A stretch of DNA of 63,987 nucleotides, filler included, from an uncultured bacterium (GTDB taxonomy: Bacteria; DAOPZR01): the NCBI GenBank assembly GCA_964637655.1. It is 13 parts of 13 records of this genome, joined end to end, with 100 filler letters (N's around TTAATTAATTAA, not from the genome) between each part and the next. Parts side by side here need not be neighbours in the genome. Positions count along the whole stretch, not along the records: positions 56,698 to 61,633 come from CAZWUZ010000282.1; positions 61,734 to 63,987 come from CAZWUZ010000428.1; 11 more parts are not named here. One strand, written 5' to 3'. Within the stretch, counting starts at the first letter, position 1. Each line of letters opens with the position of its first letter. Positions 59,531 through 63,987 of the stretch are shown in pieces. The translations under genes and the position numbers were made by a program. The notes under the pieces are model-generated. The model had not been told where the DNA came from, did no database searches, and saw only the letters and a list, made by a program, of their open reading frames with translations.

Positions 59531-60895
59531 ATGAAACAGTACGACCTGCTCATCCTCGGGGCGGGTGCCGCCAACCCGCTTGCCCTGGCCGCCGCGGCGC
59601 AGGGGCTGCGCACCGCGCTGGTCGATCCCGGGCCCGCGGGCGGGACCTGCCTCAACCGCGGCTGCATCCCGACCAAGGTGATGCTGCACAGCGGCGAGGT
59701 GGCGCGGGCGGCGCGTGACGGCGCGCGCTTCGGCATCAACAGCCGGGTCGACAGCATCGATTACGGGGTCATCCGCAACCACGTCAACGGCATCGTCTCC
59801 TTCTGGCGCGACCGCCTGGAAAAGCGTCTGGCCACGACAAAGAACCTCGATTTCTACCGTGCGCCCGCACGTTTCACCGGTGACAAGACGGTGGACGTGG
59901 CCGGGCAGCGACTGCGCGGCAATCGTGTGGTTGTCGCGGTCGGGACGCGCCTGCTGCTGCCGCCCATCCCCGGGCTTGACACGGTCCCGTATTACACCAA
60001 CGAGAACATTCTCACGCTCCCCGCGGTCCCCGCCACGCTGGCCATGATCGGGGGCGGCTATATCGGCATGGAGTTCGCCTGCTTCTTCGCGGCTTTGGGA
60101 AGCGCGGTAACCGTCATCGAGCCGCAACCCTATCTGCTCAACGCCGTCGAGCCGTCGCTGCGCGAGGAGTTCAACAAACAGGTGGCGCAACAAATGCGCG
60201 TGCTGACCGGCACCACGGTCGAACGTCTCACTGCCGACGGCGCGCAGAAGCTGCTCACCTGCCGGCATGCCAATGGCACGGAGTTGACAGTCAGCGCCGA
60301 CGCGGTCTTCCTCGCGGCCGGACGCGTCCCCAGCACCGACACGCTCGACTGCGCCGCGGGCGGCCTCACCCTCGATGCGCGCGGCTACATTGTCACCAAT
60401 GAATTTCTCGAATCGAAGCGGGAGCAGGTCTGGGCGCTGGGCGACTGCGCGGGGACGCCGGCGTTCCGCCATATCGCCGATTACCAGGAGGAACTGCTCG
60501 AGGGGAATCTGTTGCACGGGCGGCGCGTTGCCGCCGACTATACGCTTGTCCCCTACGCGGTCTTCACCCATCCCGAACTGGCGTCGGTCGGCCTCTCCCG
60601 CGCACAGGCGGTGGCGCAGGGGCATGACGTGGTCGTGCGCTCGCTCAACTATTCAGGGAATGCGCGCGGGCGGGCGATGGGTGTCCCGGGCTTCTGCACC
60701 GCGGTCATCGACCGCAAGACGGAGCGACTGCTCGGCTTCCATGTCATCGGACCGCACGCCTCGATTCTCATCCACGAGGTGTTGCCGGTGATGACGAAGA
60801 AACTGCCGGTAAGCGTCCTCACCGAAACCATCCATATCCACCCGGCGCTGTCGGAACTGGTGCCGTGGACCTTCACCCTCGGCAAAGAGTTGTAG
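59531..60895 (+). CDS. Pyridine nucleotide-disulfide oxidoreductase (dihydrolipoamide dehydrogenase/mycothione reductase family)
   Basis: GGTCLNRGCIPTK, IGGGYIGME, AAGR, GD, HIHPALSE. Confidence 0.92.
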   Translation: MKQYDLLILGAGAANPLALAAAAQGLRTALVDPGPAGGTCLNRGCIPTKVMLHSGEVARAARDGARFGINSRVDSIDYGVIRNHVNGIVSFWRDRLEKRLATTKNLDFYRAPARFTGDKTVDVAGQRLRGNRVVVAVGTRLLLPPIPGLDTVPYYTNENILTLPAVPATLAMIGGGYIGMEFACFFAALGSAVTVIEPQPYLLNAVEPSLREEFNKQVAQQMRVLTGTTVERLTADGAQKLLTCRHANGTELTVSADAVFLAAGRVPSTDTLDCAAGGLTLDARGYIVTNEFLESKREQVWALGDCAGTPAFRHIADYQEELLEGNLLHGRRVAADYTLVPYAVFTHPELASVGLSRAQAVAQGHDVVVRSLNYSGNARGRAMGVPGFCTAVIDRKTERLLGFHVIGPHASILIHEVLPVMTKKLPVSVLTETIHIHPALSELVPWTFTLGKEL

Positions 60896-60965
60896 CGGCG
60901 CCAGCACTCGCGTATTCTGCCACCGGGGAATTCAGCCGTTATTGCTCCTGTTCGCACAGCCATAC

Positions 60966-61049
60966 ACCCTCATCCAACCTTCCCCCTCCGAGAGGGGGAA
61001 GGCACTCACCCTCTCCCGCTGCGGCGGGAGAGGGCAGGGTGAGGGTGGG
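60966..61049. repeat. Pair of REP-like palindromes between convergent genes
   Basis: CCTTCCCCCTC..GAGGGGGAAGG and CCCTCTCCCGC..GCGGGAGAGGG. Confidence 0.8.
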
Positions 61050-61060
61050 TTAGACGATCG

Positions 61061-61633
61061 TCAGCCGGGGACCGGGTGACGGCGGGCGAGACGCAGGCGC
61101 CAGTCGCCGTCGGGCGCAGGCGTGACCCCATCAGGGGCGATGCGATAGGCCCGCTGCTGCTGCGTGATGAAGCCCGCCCCGTTCAGCAGCGCGTCAAGCG
61201 CGGCATCATCGAGCGTGCAGGCCGAAGCGCGAAAACGCCCGGGCGGGTCGGTCGGCGGACGGCAGGCGCAGAGTGCCAGCGCCAGCCAGCCGTCCGGCTG
61301 CAGCAGACGCACCGCCTCGTGCAGTACCACACGCGGGTCGGCAACGAATTCCAGCACATGGGCGAGCAGCACGAGGTCGCACGCGGCGGTGCGCACGGGG
61401 ACCTGTTCGCCGCGCGCGGCAACCGTCACAACACCGGCCCGCCGGGCCAGCCGCGCGGCGGGCAGCGCCGGCTCGACTGCCAGCAGACCGAGCGGCAGGG
61501 CAAACCGGCCGCTCCCCGCCCCGAGTTCCACCCCGCGGCGATGCGCCGGGAGCAGCGCCCGCAGCGCCGCCACTTCCCCCTCGGAGAGCGCGCGATGCTC
61601 GTCGTCCCACGCGTCATCTTCCGCCGCGCGCAC
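61061..61633 (-). CDS. Class I SAM-dependent methyltransferase (probably 5' truncated)
   Basis: VELGAGSGRF, DLVLLAHVLEFVADP, RLLQPDG. Confidence 0.85.
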   Translation of the reverse strand: MRAAEDDAWDDEHRALSEGEVAALRALLPAHRRGVELGAGSGRFALPLGLLAVEPALPAARLARRAGVVTVAARGEQVPVRTAACDLVLLAHVLEFVADPRVVLHEAVRLLQPDGWLALALCACRPPTDPPGRFRASACTLDDAALDALLNGAGFITQQQRAYRIAPDGVTPAPDGDWRLRLARRHPVPG

Positions 61634-61733
61634 NNNNNNNNNNNNNNNNNNNNNNNNNNNNNNNNNNNNNNNNNNNNTTAATTAATTAANNNNNNNNNNN
61701 NNNNNNNNNNNNNNNNNNNNNNNNNNNNNNNNN

Positions 61734-61974
61734 CGCAGACCTGTCTACCGTGGCGGCGAACGTCTTGCGCACGTTGGGGCTCTCGCAGGAGAACCAGTAT
61801 ATCGACAGCGTGACGGTTGACGTATCCGGTCGCATGACATCTGCGCGCTTGCGCACGTACTCTGTCGCCGGCTCCGTCGGCACCATCAACGACGTGCTGG
61901 CAACGTACACCATTACCGCAACCTACACCGGCACCGAGGAAGCTCCGACGACCTACAAGGTGGTACGCGTATGA
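61734..61974 (+). CDS. Hypothetical protein C-terminus, phage-like context
   Basis: Thr/Val-rich open frame from the contig edge; ATGA overlap with the next gene. Confidence 0.5.
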
Positions 61975-62228
61975 GGTTCGGCGCCGATGTCATTGCCACG
62001 CGCGGGCGAACGAGTACGGCGCTACTGTGGGCCGTCGCGGGCCGTTGGCTGTACGGCATGCACGGCACACACGTGACACTCGCGTTGCCGCGTGATACCA
62101 TGTCGCTGGCACTGCCACGCACCGACGCCGATCTGGTGCTGCCGAGAGACATTGCTGCATTGACGTTGCCGCGTGCGGATACAGACCTATTGCTTCCAAG
62201 AGATGCGTTGGAGGTTGACTATCCATGA
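61971..62228 (+). CDS. Small hypothetical protein with five 9-aa LxLPR repeats
   Basis: LALPRDTMS LALPRTDAD LVLPRDIAA LTLPRADTD LLLPRDALE; coupled to both neighbours. Confidence 0.6.
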   Translation: MRFGADVIATRGRTSTALLWAVAGRWLYGMHGTHVTLALPRDTMSLALPRTDADLVLPRDIAALTLPRADTDLLLPRDALEVDYP

Positions 62229-62620
62229 GCACGACAATCACAGCACGATACGCAGACCTGCCGGTGAGTCGCGACATCTGCATTCAGTCTGGACGGTCGT
62301 GGGAGGAACGCTGGACGGTGAGCCTGGACGAGGAGGGCGCGGGCGCGGTGCCGATCAACTTCTCGCAGGCAACTGTGTATCAGGCGCGGTTCATGGCTGC
62401 CTGCGGCGCGGTGACTGTGTTCAACCTCACCGAGCACGCAACGGCGGGCAAGGTCACCATGCGCCTGGATGCCGACGACACTGACGACCTCGACCCCGGA
62501 GACTATGCATGGGAGATGGTGTTCGTGTTCCCCTCCGCGAGCACGGACTTCCCAGACGGCGCGACGGTCTCCCTGTTCGCCGGCGTCGCGACGGTCGAGG
62601 CGGCTGTACCTGCATCGTAG
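62225..62620 (+). CDS. Phage structural protein (BppU/baseplate N-terminal-like)
   Basis: PINFSQAT...GKVTMRLDADDTDDLDPGDYAWEMV...LFAG. Confidence 0.55.
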   Translation: MSTTITARYADLPVSRDICIQSGRSWEERWTVSLDEEGAGAVPINFSQATVYQARFMAACGAVTVFNLTEHATAGKVTMRLDADDTDDLDPGDYAWEMVFVFPSASTDFPDGATVSLFAGVATVEAAVPAS

Positions 62621-62647
62621 TACCACATAACAACGGGAGGACACATC

Positions 62648-63901
62648 ATGCCGCAGAGCCGTGCCGCAGTCGTCAAGCCGCGCCCTGTGCCGCTGCCGCC
62701 GGAGCCGCTGATCGTCATGCTCAGCGGGTGTCGGTGGAGTAGTTGCGGCGGCGGGCAACGCCCCGCGCAACTCGCCCGATGCTTCGAGCGCATGGGCTAC
62801 GGCGTTGTCTACCACAACCCCATGATCGCCGGATGCGAGCAGATGGGCAACATCTACACGCTGGACAAGCCGCGCTTCCGGCGCGCTATCAACCAACTCG
62901 CTGAGTGCCACGACCCCCGCAACCTGGTCATCAACGCCCTTCCCATCGAACTGTTCCACGCGCATAGCGTGCGCCTGCAGGCGGCGGGCTGGCGCTACGT
63001 CTATGACCTCATCGACGACTGGCCCGCGTTCCGGGCACGGGGCGACCTGAACTACTACGACGAGGACGACGAGCTGGCCATCATGGAGACCGCCGATGCG
63101 CTCACCGCGAGCGCACCGTCGCTGCTGGAGCGCTTCGGCGAGTGGGCCGGGCGGGAGGGTACGCTGGTGCGCAACGGCGGCCCTGCGGAGCCTGTAGCGC
63201 GCCCGTGGCCTATGCCGCCCGGCTGGGTGACGAGCAGGGCGGGCACCGTCGTCTATATCGGCTACCTCGCGGGGCAGTGGTTTGACTGGCCCTTGTTCCG
63301 GCGCACCACGAAGGCACTGCCCGACGTGGTGTTCCACGTCATCGGCGACAACAGCCGAGTGCGCGGCAACCAGGCCGAGAATATCATCTACCACGGCGAG
63401 ATGCCCTACGCCGAGTGCATCGCTGCGGCGGCGTGGGCGGACGTCGGCATTGTACCGTTCCGGCATCTGGACATCTGCCGCGCGGTGGACCCCATCAAGC
63501 TCTACGACCACTGGGCGATGGGGCAGCCGCTGGCGGCGACCAGCGTGATGACGGAACTCGCCGGCAGACCACACTGCCACATCGCGCCGACAGGTGCGCG
63601 CGACATCGCCGCACAGGTCGAGGCGGCACTGCTCGACGCGCCGATTCAGCGTGCCGAGGTGGAGCAGTTGTGCGCGGCGAACTCGTGGGATGTACGGGCG
63701 GCGGAAATCATAGCAGCAGTGGAGGCGCAGTGTGCGGACAGCAACAGTGATCGGGGCGGGAGCGGCGGGCAGTATCCATGCGAGGCTACTCGCGGAGCGC
63801 GGGTACACGGTCTGCATCTACGATGCGGACGCAGGGCGTGCCGCGAAGTTGGCGGCGCAGGTGCAGGGGATGGTGACGGAGAGCCCGCTGCACGAGGCTG
63901 A
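62648..63901 (+). CDS. GT-B (GT4-like) glycosyltransferase
   Basis: QRPAQLA, VYDLIDDW, VRNG, YIGYL..WFDW, DVGIVPF, PIKLYDH, NSWD.R. Confidence 0.85.
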   Translation: MPQSRAAVVKPRPVPLPPEPLIVMLSGCRWSSCGGGQRPAQLARCFERMGYGVVYHNPMIAGCEQMGNIYTLDKPRFRRAINQLAECHDPRNLVINALPIELFHAHSVRLQAAGWRYVYDLIDDWPAFRARGDLNYYDEDDELAIMETADALTASAPSLLERFGEWAGREGTLVRNGGPAEPVARPWPMPPGWVTSRAGTVVYIGYLAGQWFDWPLFRRTTKALPDVVFHVIGDNSRVRGNQAENIIYHGEMPYAECIAAAAWADVGIVPFRHLDICRAVDPIKLYDHWAMGQPLAATSVMTELAGRPHCHIAPTGARDIAAQVEAALLDAPIQRAEVEQLCAANSWDVRAAEIIAAVEAQCADSNSDRGGSGGQYPCEATRGARVHGLHLRCGRRACREVGGAGAGDGDGEPAARG

Positions 63902-63987
63902 CATCACGGTAGTGGCGGTGCCGACGCAGTACCACTACCAGTACATCCGCCTGCTGCTTGACGATGGCCGCACGGTGGTGAGTGAGA
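63732..63987 (+). CDS. Gfo/Idh/MocA family oxidoreductase (runs off window end)
   Basis: Manual translation from GTG: MRTATVIGAGAAGSIHA...IYDAD...VVAVPTQYH...GRTVVSE; GGAGG RBS at 63721. Not in the ORF track. Confidence 0.8.
   Translation, partial: MRTATVIGAGAAGSIHARLLAERGYTVCIYDADAGRAAKLAAQVQGMVTESPLHEADITVVAVPTQYHYQYIRLLLDDGRTVVSE

Noticed and set aside
59372-60625. Apparent long N-terminal extension of the LamG protein (653-aa ORF)
   Set aside because: Antisense to the reductase; the signal peptide and RBS place the start at 59371.
59531-60895. Mercuric reductase MerA call, given the adjacent metal transport genes
   Set aside because: No C-terminal Cys-Cys pair or N-terminal metal-binding domain; it has the HPxxxE motif of the lipoamide dehydrogenase/mycothione reductase type.

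Overview
This window is not one contiguous locus. It is about 13 short (~5 kb) high-GC bacterial contigs joined by artificial N/TTAATTAATTAA linkers, in decreasing size order as in a draft or metagenome-assembled genome, so adjacency across linkers means nothing. The organism is a diderm (lpxK, LPS heptosyltransferase, PorV-like barrel). Housekeeping content: moaA/moaC, lpxK, priA, a family-4 UDG, lplT/aas, nadA, comEA/comEC, recA/recX/alaS, ahcY, type IV pilus/T2SS genes, two NtrC-type two-component systems, a metal-permease operon and a disulfide oxidoreductase. The strongest candidate for an undescribed system is at 10.6-13.8 kb. There a nitrile-hydratase-like (NHLP) RiPP leader carries a 'core' shaped like a membrane sorting signal. 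It is followed by a class D/GN sortase and a tri-domain protein (lysozyme-like + TylF methyltransferase + VanY-type peptidase). Other oddities: an in-frame antitoxin-RelE fusion between recA and recX, a HicB-like microprotein coupled to a single-chain restriction-modification gene, a DPY19-like GT-C glycosyltransferase, an Flp pilin fused to an Ig-like domain, an 8-repeat Ig-like/AMIN protein in the pilQ position, and a phage-like contig carrying sugar-modifying enzymes. All family calls come from motif recognition by eye; no searches were run.
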